Below are positions 50,433-60,159 of a stretch of 64,000 nucleotides of DNA, in pieces. The number at the start of each line of letters is the position of its first letter. The first letter of the stretch is position 1. The notes under the pieces are model-generated. The model worked only from the letters and a program-made list of their open reading frames with translations. It was not told the origin of the DNA and did not search any database. The position numbers and the translations under genes were made by a program. The DNA is from Lophium mytilinum. Lineage: Eukaryota. Location: contig MU004181.1 of the NCBI GenBank assembly GCA_010093605.1, positions 744,001 to 808,000 on the forward strand, in the 5' to 3' direction.

Positions 50433-50983
50433 AGAGAGGAAGAGAGAGTTTGGAGATATACCCCGGCGGAGAGCAGAGTCGAGGTTTGGGAGAGTTAATG
50501 GCAGCAGGGGGTTGGGATTTCGGGTGTGGCGTCTAGCTGCTCTCGTTAGCGTGGCGCTGGCAGTGGGTTAGCGGGTTTGATATCCTGGGTTTGGTAGGAG
50601 TTTGAGTGGGATGAGGGTTGGATGGATCTAGGTGCGAATGAGGTATGCTATGCTACGCGAACAAATGATCTCAATGAATAAATTCAAAATATATTTGATT
50701 GGCTTTTGTGAAGTGTGCGGGAAATGTGGTTCGATCAGCTCGACTACAGCTCGTATGTTGCGTCCAACGGTTCTCAGGCTTCGTGAAAAGTCGGTGTCTA
50801 CTCCGCGTCCCGTGATCGAGAACTTGCGGTGTGTTAGGCTGCTGTCTGCCAATCATTCACGCATACCCGCTCCCCACAACCCAAATCCAAGCTTCAACCT
50901 CACCGTCGCGAATATCTGCCGGACCCCTACGCGGTAATGCTATATTGATGGACTAATTTTCGAGGTTTACTTATTCTGCAGTA

Positions 50984-51081
50984 GACACAGTGCCAGAGTG
51001 GTTAATGGGTATGACTCGAACGATTCATTCTTCAGCTATCATATGACTTCGGTCGCACAGGTTCGAATCCTGTCTGTGTCG
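50984..51081 (+). tRNA. tRNA-Ser(CGA) with a 17-nt intron (51021-51037)
   Basis: Acceptor GACACAG/CTGTGTC, G73, anticodon stem TATGA/TCATA with loop CT-CGA-A, long variable arm GACTTCGGTC, GGTTCGAATCC, T-run at 51092. Confidence 0.95.
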
Positions 51082-51439
51082 CAGAACACGCTTTTTCTTT
51101 TGTCTTTTTTGGCGACTAAGAGAGCGGGGGTGGTGGTGAATATTTTTGCTGCGTGTGGGTCGAATGGGGGAAGGTTGAGGCGGATAGATAGGAGGGAGGT
51201 ATAAGCGAGACGAGGCCGGGGCGCGTCATATATTTTTTGAATCGAGGTCGTGAGCCTCACGATATCTCGACGATCTTTATTCAAGCTTCAAGGAAACGCG
51301 CGCATAATAAGTCAATCACAACCCCACCCCCTTAACAATACCCACGAATACGAATCAAACCCATAAGACTGTCCTCAACGCCCACGCGCCACATCGCGAA
51401 CCCCAATCCATAGCGACCTCTCTCAAACCACACACCACA

Positions 51440-52036
51440 ATGTCCACCTCCACCCCCCAACAACCGCCTTCCCCCTCCTCCATTGCGGACCTCGAAGCCG
51501 CCCGCGCCGCCCAATTCGCAACCCTCACCCGCACCCTCTCCTACACCCTGCTCCTCGCCTGCCCCGCCATCGCCGCCCTCCCGCCGCGGAAACTCGATCT
51601 CTACACCTTCGGCCTCGGCGCGGTTTGGGTGGCCTCCGCGTCGCATATCACGCATCAGCGGACGGGGCAGGGGATATGGCGGAATGTTGCGAGTCGGGTT
51701 GGTCCGCCTGCTGCGTTGCCGACGGAGAGGGCGAGGGAGGTGAAGAGGGAGTTGGAGGAGAGGAGGGTGGCGCTGAGGGGGAACACACCCGCCTACCCAC
51801 CCACCCAGGATAAGGGGAAGGTGATAGAGGAAAGAGGGGTGTTAGAGAGAGTGTGGATGGGGCAGGAGGAGGAGGGGTGGAAGGAGAAGAGGTTGAGGGA
51901 GGAGAGGGAGGCGTTGGAGGAGGGGAGGGGGTATGGGGACTTGATTTTGGAGCAGGTTTGGGAGGTCTGGAATTGGGGGAAGGGGAAGGGGGGAGACGGG
52001 GATGAGAAGGGGGACGGGAAGAAGGGTGGGGAGTAG
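51440..52036 (+). CDS. Conserved hypothetical fungal membrane protein
   Basis: Two hydrophobic segments around LPPRKLDLYT; WMGQEEEGWKEKRLREE..GYGDLILEQVWEVWNW motif; ACAATG start context. Confidence 0.75.
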   Translation: MSTSTPQQPPSPSSIADLEAARAAQFATLTRTLSYTLLLACPAIAALPPRKLDLYTFGLGAVWVASASHITHQRTGQGIWRNVASRVGPPAALPTERAREVKRELEERRVALRGNTPAYPPTQDKGKVIEERGVLERVWMGQEEEGWKEKRLREEREALEEGRGYGDLILEQVWEVWNWGKGKGGDGDEKGDGKKGGE

Positions 52037-52129
52037 GCGGACAGGAGGGTTGGTTTGGGACAACTGGGTGGTTGTATGATCACGCTGGTTGTGTAAAAGC
52101 TTGTATAACATGGTTTTGGTCGAAGCATT

Positions 52130-52808
52130 ACGGGATTGCTGGGGTTCCCTGGCGTAGCATGGGATGGATAGACGGGTCACCACTTTGGTGTCGAAGGCGA
52201 GGAATCGTTCGATCGGGATACCATTAGGATGGAACCATCGCCCAGATGGGCGCAGGGGCGTTCGGCATCTTCCCAGCTACCATATCAATCAATGGTAGAT
52301 ACGAGACCAAATATTCAAGCGCTTCAGACTCGCTGGTCCCGCGCAAAGGAACTAGAAGAGGCACGGTGACATTTTTCTTACTATTCGATGGAAAAACCTG
52401 GCTTCTGACGAATCTCGATGTATTTGGAAATTGCAACATCAATTCCTCTGCTACGTTCAAAGTCTACATTTTCCTTTCAAAATCCTTCTTTCTTCTTTTC
52501 TTTTCCACAGGGTACAACGTATGCTTGATCGAACACGTCACGAATAATTCTCTCTAATTAGCGAATCCATACAAGCATGGGATTCGTCCATGCATAGTCC
52601 TCTCTGAAAGCCGACGGGTTTCTACAGCATCGGAAACCGGACTCATCTGCACCACTGGTACGCGAAGGTGGCTTTCACGCGTTCCAGTCTTAAACGAGGG
52701 ATGCAAGTACGCTAAAACTAGAAGCAAAACATTTCCAATATCTGCGTCCTGTTTGAAGACTTGATGTCTCTCCATCTTTTGACTACTCAAGCCAGCACAT
52801 CGGCTCAA
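52130..52808 (-). pseudogene. Possible decayed ORF of unknown family
   Basis: One frame of ~225 codons with only three internal stops (TAG 52554, TAG 52464, TAA 52224). Confidence 0.3.
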
Positions 52809-53105
52809 CCCTATGGGGAGGTTTCCCTTCAGCGCTACTCACGAATTTGCTTCGCTCATGGTCTTGCTAACCTTGCTCTTTAGACGCTAGGTACCACGGA
52901 CATCCACCATGCAGACAGCCGCTTCTCGGCCATGCTTACCAACGCCCCTTTCATGTAAGGCCGCCGAGCTGAATTGCGTGTCTCGGGTACACGGAACAAA
53001 CACGACCTCTCTTCTACATCTGGAGCCCCTGTCTGTGTAACATAAATCTACTCCTGACTCTTCTCTACCAAACTTCGACACGGGAGGCGCTACCGTAGAA
53101 TCAGA

Positions 53106-54330
53106 ATGTCTCATCAATCGTTCGATGATCAGGCACAGGATCTTTTCCTTCCTCCAATGCAGCAAGACGAGTCATTGGACAGCGTACTTCAGCATCCAAC
53201 GTTTACTTCATACGAGCACGACTCTCTAGAAAGCCTCAGCCTTCCATCTCCGGAGCCATTACCGTTTGATCATAGTGGTCCAACGTCAACAACGGCGCCG
53301 ACGACATCAATCTCTAGTCATCCTCTAGAAGCGTCTGCCAATATCAATCATCACTCTCAGGACTTCCCCGACGTTCTTCAACAGCCAACGTATAACTCCG
53401 AACCCTGTACTCCCCAACTTCAGCACTCGACTCGCTCTGGCAACTACTTCCACCATGCCACCTACAATAATAACCCTGGCTATCCCCTCAGCAACGACCA
53501 CCTAACATACAACCCCGGCATTCACCAACCCAACATATTCCCACCCCAGCACATCCTCCACCAGCGCGCCCACTCCCAGCCGCCCGAAGTCACCTTCTTC
53601 CGCGCACCCCACCAATCCTCTCGCAGCACAACCCGCACTCTGACCGGTGGGATCCCCCTCTCCAACAGCCCTGGTCCAGTCTACAACTCCAACCAAGCCC
53701 ACCCCAACGGCATCCCCCTCTCCAAACACGCCCCCCGCTACCGCGACCACCCCTACCGCGACCACCCCTACCGCAGCTCCAGCCGCAGCAGAAGACACGA
53801 CGGCGGTCCTACATCCGCGCCCCCGTCCCGAATGATGAGCAGCCCGCGCCCCATGTCTTCCCGGGGAGTGCACAGCCCGAACATGCAAGGGATGCTGCAT
53901 CATGGCAACTCGCCAATGTACATGCGGATGCAGACGCCAGAGGAGCAGAGCGCGAGCGCGAATACCGCGCAGATGATGTCGGCGCTGGGGGATGTGCTGG
54001 TGAATGCGGGCGGCACCGTATCGCCGGCGCAGATGGCGGTGGTGTTGGGGTTTGTGGATGAGGTGGAGCGGAAGCAGCGGGAGACGTTGGCGGGGTGTGA
54101 GAGGATTAGGGGGTTGTTTGGGAAAGGGGGGGAGGTGGATGGGGATGTTGAGCCGTGAGTTTAATGATGGGTTGTGTTTGAGATGGTGGAGGCTGACTTT
54201 GATGTGGTGTAGGTTGAAATTGGATGGGGCGAGTGAGGCATTGAGTCAGGTTGTGGGCGCGCAGGAGGGTGGCGAGGCGGTGGCGAAGCGGGAGGGATTG
54301 GTCGGTGGGGATGTGAGTATGGCTGGATAG
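53106..54330 (+). CDS. Hypothetical low-complexity protein. Intron about 54155-54212
   Basis: 350-codon ORF; GTGAGT..GCTGAC..TAG intron extends the frame to TAG at 54330. Confidence 0.7.
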
Positions 54331-57300
54331 GGTTAGGTTGGGGGATGGAAGGTCGAGAAGATTAAGCCTGGAGCGTGAAAGAAGTCTGTACTAGAAGAGA
54401 TATAGTTATAACAAGTCAGCAAGTCAAGGCGTGAGGATTGCGGTAAGCAGGAGGTGTAAATTGGAAAGGAAAAGTTTAACGACGTTACGGCAATCAATCA
54501 AAGTATAATCACGCCTCTACAGTAAGCCTACCATTCTCATATTCTCCCGAGATAATCATCATGGGACGACTCGGGATGGCCTTCGGAACCTTGTCATATG
54601 ATCTACCAATCGCATGTTTTACACGGCGATTGCTACCTAGACTACGAATGACGGTGCCTCGAGGAGTTCTCATCCGCTCTGCAAGCACAATTACACGAAG
54701 CTTTCGCGTTATTCTATCGAGTCTCATGATCAAACACGCTCCATCTTGCGATCTACAGACCAAGTCACACTTTCTTTGATACAGCTTCGAGATTGCTTCG
54801 ATAAGCACATGCTCGAAACCAAGCCCAAGATGGAGTCTCCGTCGGATATAAAAAGACACGTCTTTCGCCTCGTGAAAGGTTGGTATACTCTACAACTTTA
54901 TTTCACTCTCTATATAAGTTCACTACGGGAAGTGAAGAGCAATTATCCTGACGTGGGCAAACATCAATACCCAGACACTCATGAGCAGTTCTCGCTTCAA
55001 AATCTCCAAGGAGACGATTTGATGAGCAGTTCCGGCATCTTCAAACCTGCCATCACGAGTTCCGAATGAGCAGCGTCGGCACTGTAAAACATTCACCACA
55101 CCCTCAAATGAGTGTTTTCGGAGGAGTAGCGCGGTCTTTACTAGTTGGTATTCCGCGACAGACTGCGTATAATGTCGAACACTTGTAAGTTTGAATTTCT
55201 TTTTCTCGACTATCTGATTAGCTAGACGACTGTGCGACATACTGACCCCGTGAGAGACAGGATCATGTTCCAGCACAGCTTTCTAGCCTCCTAGACGCCT
55301 ACATAGCTGGGTCATCGGATTACCTACCGCAATCATATGAGGTCGATCTGAGCGTTAAAACAACCGCGGCTACCTCGTGATGCGAAGCCACGGAAACATC
55401 GAACGCAGGTCTTACCACTCTCGCCGTAAAACACCACAGAAGAACGCGACATGGAAAACTCCGTCTATACCGCCGAGATCTATATCAAACATCCTCGCAA
55501 TTCTTCGCATGAATCCCGGTCCAGTTGCTCCCCGAGACGAAGAAGCCTCGCCGGCCACCTTTTCGAACCCCCAGCAAATGTACTGGATGACCTTTCCTGG
55601 CATCGGCATCCCTCAGAAGTACTTCAATTTAGTTCGACATTGAGGCCCTATGGCATTCCGCACTCTGTAAAGCGCCGATCTGACATAACTTCACGGAAAG
55701 AAATTCGGGCTGCGTTAGTGCTATTTACAGAGTCTTCAAACTCCCTGGCCTACTACATGATGGACTCCAAAGTCGGACTTCGTTGCGAACGGTTACCCTC
55801 TGGAGTCTGACGCCGGAAGTTCGGGGGATCCTGCGACGCTTAAACAACGTGGTCTACTGGGTGCAATGTTTCTCCGGGGTCCGAATCGGGAAGTTCGGAG
55901 AACGCAGCGACGCTCCAACAACGAGGCGTACTGGATACAATGTTGGAAACCGCCAATCTCTCAGTTTCAGCTCGCTGGAGTCATTAAAAACCGCTCACGA
56001 AGCCTTTGCATGGGTCTGGAGGATGCGCAGTTCAAAGGATCTCGGATGACCAATTCATGATTCATCTTTTTCTTCGCTTCAAATAATCTGAGGCGAGAAT
56101 TGATGGAGTTGGAGAGGCGCCGAACCTAGGATAAAACCAGCCCCTCCATCTACTATATGTTTTGATTCGGTTTGCTGCTTGGCAGCACGGGGTATCAAAA
56201 CTACACAGCCGCTACATCTATGTGGCCTTGGAGAAGCGTCCGCTCGATACTACCACCTGTATGAGCGGTCGAATATCATTTCTATATAACAAACCTACTG
56301 GCCGGCACCCTATGGATTCGGAAGGGGGACAGGCTCGACATCAAATCGCGTCTGCCGGACTGTTCTTGCAATCCAAACCACCCGTTTGGTTGTCCGGACA
56401 GCAAAATCGAAGCGAAAAGCACATTATGTGGATTGAGAGGATGCTTTACTCTTACGTCCCACCGCAGCAAGCCCAGCACACCTAACATAGTCAGCGTACG
56501 CCCTAAACTCTCGAGCTCACAACACGGCACCAACATGGCACCAACACGCTCGGCTCAGGCACAGGTGGGGAAGAATCGGCTGCATTCTGTCCCCCTTTTA
56601 TCCTCACCGAGGTCACATTCATCATCATCTGGCTCTGGACGAGTGCAAATGACGGATACCCGGTCAACGTTTCGAAGAAATAGATCGAGCGCTCCCTACC
56701 GCGGAGGAGTTGCATCCACCAGACCCAGCCCGCTTTCGATTCTCGGCGGCAGGATGGAACCTAGTTTACATTGGCATAGTCGTCAAAATCATGCGTCGAC
56801 CAGCAGCGGGACGAGATTCGGCGTCACCGCATCGATCATCTAAAAACCTTCTTTCTTGTCGTTTAAGAGGGTTTAGGAGAGACGTGCGAATGGGACTCTT
56901 TGTCGATCGAAGCTACCCAACCCCTAATACCCGCGCAGGGGAAGCAACAAGAGCGGCCGGAATGAACTCTACAACAACCTGCAGAGCCTCGAACCAACAT
57001 GGGCTTCACTTCAAGATGCCGAACGACTTAATATATATTCGAAAACAACCCGATGTGGAAGCCGGGGCCTGGATACGGAGGCTCCCCAATGGTGACGGGC
57101 GTGTGCCGTACGTAGTGCTTATACATGATGCCATCATCAGCTTGCCGACAGCGAGCGACCGAGGCGTAGGGGGGAAGAGACCGGCTTGGAATCAGTTTGT
57201 GTTTGTTGAGAGGTGCATGGTGCGATCCGTCCTTGCGTCTTGCCTTCTCATCATCAAAAGCGGATGTGGTTGTTCGTGATGCAGTGACCGCTTGAGAAAT

Positions 57301-57840
57301 GCGGACTGGGAGAGTGATCGTCCGAAAAGCTAGGGTTAAGTTTGATAACAATGAAACCTACTCACTGTAAAGTCTGGAAAATTTGACCACTCGAGTGGTC
57401 AAAATCGCAACAAGTAGCGTACGAAGACTTTCAGGTGGTCAATCTCTTGACGATCTAGTCCGCAACGTCTCTGCGCACATAGTCGTCTCGTAGTCGATGA
57501 ATGGTATCATTATTATCACGCCTCGCCTTTAAATGCACTATTCTCTTCCCAGATCAAAGTGGCTGTAGCTGTAATGCAGGCCGTAGCGTCTGATGTTAGG
57601 TGGAAGATGAGCTAATATAGAGGAATGCACCCAAGTTTACTACCGCATTGATTGCTGTAGGTGATTGTCATAATCCAACAGTCGCTCCTCAGCCTTGCAT
57701 CGCTAACTTTAGAACAATAAGACAATCGCTCCAATTCCAGATGAGATGGATGATGGAGGAAGCATGGAGGTCTAAACAAGAAGTACGCTTAGAATAGATC
57801 AACGTAGGCGACCCCTGTCGCTAGGGGAGGTGGGGTCATT

Positions 57841-58635
57841 TTATCTCAGGTGCTCAGCCGCTTCTCCGAGTCATTTTCACAACACCACTACACTCAATAC
57901 AGTATGGACCCCCTACGGCCCCACCACCCCCTTACCTACCGCCCTCAGCCCCCCAGCCCTCCTCCCTCCCGCCCCAAAATTCCTCTGCGAAGCGTCTAAG
58001 GACATTTAGGCGCCCGTTTAGTGCAAACTGGTCCATTTTTAAGAGGTATACCTTTTTCAAATATCAACAACAAGGTAAATTTATTAGCTATGGTCTTAGT
58101 ATTTAATACATTTTAATTACAAGTTCTTTCTCTACTATCTTTTAAGAGTTGTACCTAGCTAGCTATAGTAATAAGGGTTAATATACAGTGTTAAAGTTAA
58201 AAGTATATTTTTTAAAACTGGACCACTCTAGTCCGTTGGCCTTATTTCTCTGTAGGTATTTCTTAGCACGCCTCTATACCTTTTAGCATGGGCTCTGCTT
58301 TCTTAGAATTACGGGCGCGTTATGGCATAGCTAGACTTAGTATTAGATGTAGGAGATAGAGCAGGAGATAGGCTAGCACCTTATAGTTATGGCAGGTTGT
58401 TTGGAGTTGTATTAAGGGTTGATGTACAGCGTTAAATGCAGCTAAAATTTTTATATAAGGCTGACCGCTCGCCCTTGTAAACCGTGCCTAAATGTCCTCA
58501 GACGCTCTACGAGGAATTGCCCCCTTACGTGAACTGCACCGTCCGTGTACAACGTCCACCTGCACCGTGCACAACGTCTAACACCGAACAACGCAGGGGC
58601 AATATTCTCGTAGAGCGTTTGAGCACCTGAGATAA
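57841..58635. mobile_element. Non-autonomous TIR element, 795 bp, with 8-bp TSD GGGTCATT
   Basis: Perfect 16-bp TIR TTATCTCAGGTGCTCA (57841-57856 / 58620-58635); TSD at 57833-57840 and 58636-58643; inner inverted pair 57978-58020 / 58478-58518; AT- and TpA-rich core. Confidence 0.88.
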
Positions 58636-58951
58636 GGGTCATTGGCTAGAAACAACGTCAATTCACGCCCACATGAAGTCCACCAACAACATCCATCTGT
58701 ACCTTAGTAGTCAAGAGTTCCTAGAACCTCCCACTCTTTACATTGAGCCCCAATTAACCGCTTTTAGTGCAGTCTATACGCTGTTAGCGCGGGCTATACG
58801 CTGCCAGTGCAGTCTACGCGCTCATCTCTCGAGCGGAATCTTACCCATCTCACCATCCACTGTTCTCTTCAACATCTTATATATCAGCGCTCTCAGCCTT
58901 TTTCTCAGCTCCTAAACCCGTCGTCACTTACAAAATTCCGCATACCTCACA

Positions 58952-59884
58952 ATGGCCCACCCCGGCACCCTCCACCGCTACACCCCCCGCCTCGTCGCCT
59001 TCGAGCACACCCCCGCCACCCCAGCAACCCACACCCTCCTCTGGATTGGCGGCCTTGGCGATGGCCTCCTCACCGTCCCCTACCCCACCACCCTCTCCTC
59101 CTCCCTCCCCCACTCCTGGTCCCTCGCCGAAGTCCTCCTCTCCTCCTCCTACGGCGGCTGGGCCACCTCCTCCCTCGCCCGTGACGCCCGCGAGCTCGCA
59201 TCCTCCGTATCCTACTTCCGCTCACTCCGCCCCGCCCCAGGCTCCAAGATCGTGCTCATGGGCCACTCAACCGGCTGTCAGGACATCATGGCGTACCTGA
59301 CTACCCCCGGGTTCGAAAAGCGCCCGAAACTCGACGGCGCGATCCTGCAGGCCGGGATCTCGGATCGCGAGGCCCTCGTCGCCGCACTCCCGCTTGGCGT
59401 CTACGAGGAAAGCGTGCAGGTGGCGCGGGAGTGGGTGAAGGAGGGCAGGGGCGAGGATGTGCTGCCGCTCGCCGTGACGACGAAGATCTTTGGGAGTGCG
59501 GCGAGTGCGGAGAGGTGGTTGAGTTTGACGTCGCCGGATAAGAGGGGGGCGGATGATTATTTTAGTAGTGATCTGGAAGATGCGCAGCTTAAGGAGACGT
59601 TTGGGAAGGTGGGGGAGAGTGGGACGCCGTTGTGTTTCATGTTGGGAGGGGCGGATGAGTATATGCCGCCGGAGACGGATAAGGGGGCGTTGCTAGAGAG
59701 GTGGGCGAAGGTGGTGAGGGAAGGGGGAGGGGTCGTGGATGAGGAGGCTGGCGGGGTGGTAGAGGGTGCGAGCCATAATCTGGGTGGGGATCCTGAAGGG
59801 GTGGTTGGGGATTTGGTGGGGAGAGTGGGAGCGTTTTTGGGGAGGGTGGAGAGGGGGGAGTTGGGCGCGGCGGCTCATCTGTAG
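58952..59884 (+). CDS. DUF1749 alpha/beta hydrolase (family includes the SidJ fusarinine C esterase)
   Basis: WIGGLGDGLLTVPY, nucleophile elbow MGHSTGCQD, DDYFSSDL, GADEYMP, GASHN. Confidence 0.88.
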   Translation: MAHPGTLHRYTPRLVAFEHTPATPATHTLLWIGGLGDGLLTVPYPTTLSSSLPHSWSLAEVLLSSSYGGWATSSLARDARELASSVSYFRSLRPAPGSKIVLMGHSTGCQDIMAYLTTPGFEKRPKLDGAILQAGISDREALVAALPLGVYEESVQVAREWVKEGRGEDVLPLAVTTKIFGSAASAERWLSLTSPDKRGADDYFSSDLEDAQLKETFGKVGESGTPLCFMLGGADEYMPPETDKGALLERWAKVVREGGGVVDEEAGGVVEGASHNLGGDPEGVVGDLVGRVGAFLGRVERGELGAAAHL

Positions 59885-60159
59885 GTATCATTAGATATTA
59901 GCACTATGGCAACGAATTTCTTAGATGATGGATTCGTAAGTGGAGAAAATCATAGATGTGTGGGGATATTGATTCCGAGAGCACAGTCGTAGTAAGTAAT
60001 ACTACCTCTCAACCTAATACAAAGACATCCCAGCATGCAAGCAGCACATTTGCGTCGCAAGCCTGACTACGCCGCCGAATGCAAACACTACCCGGACTCC
60101 CTATTGACCTCTCCACTACATAGAGCTCGACATTAGTATATGACCAGAGTAGCAATCGC

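Noticed and set aside
51017..51019. tRNA-Ser as a suppressor, or a genome-wide TAG reassignment
   Set aside because: The anticodon is the ordinary CGA, and many intact genes here (NTH1, cyclin, SurE, PIF1) end normally in TAG.
57898..57912. TA-CAGT as a Tc1/mariner terminus
   Set aside because: No matching inverted end found; it lies inside the 8-bp-TSD element.
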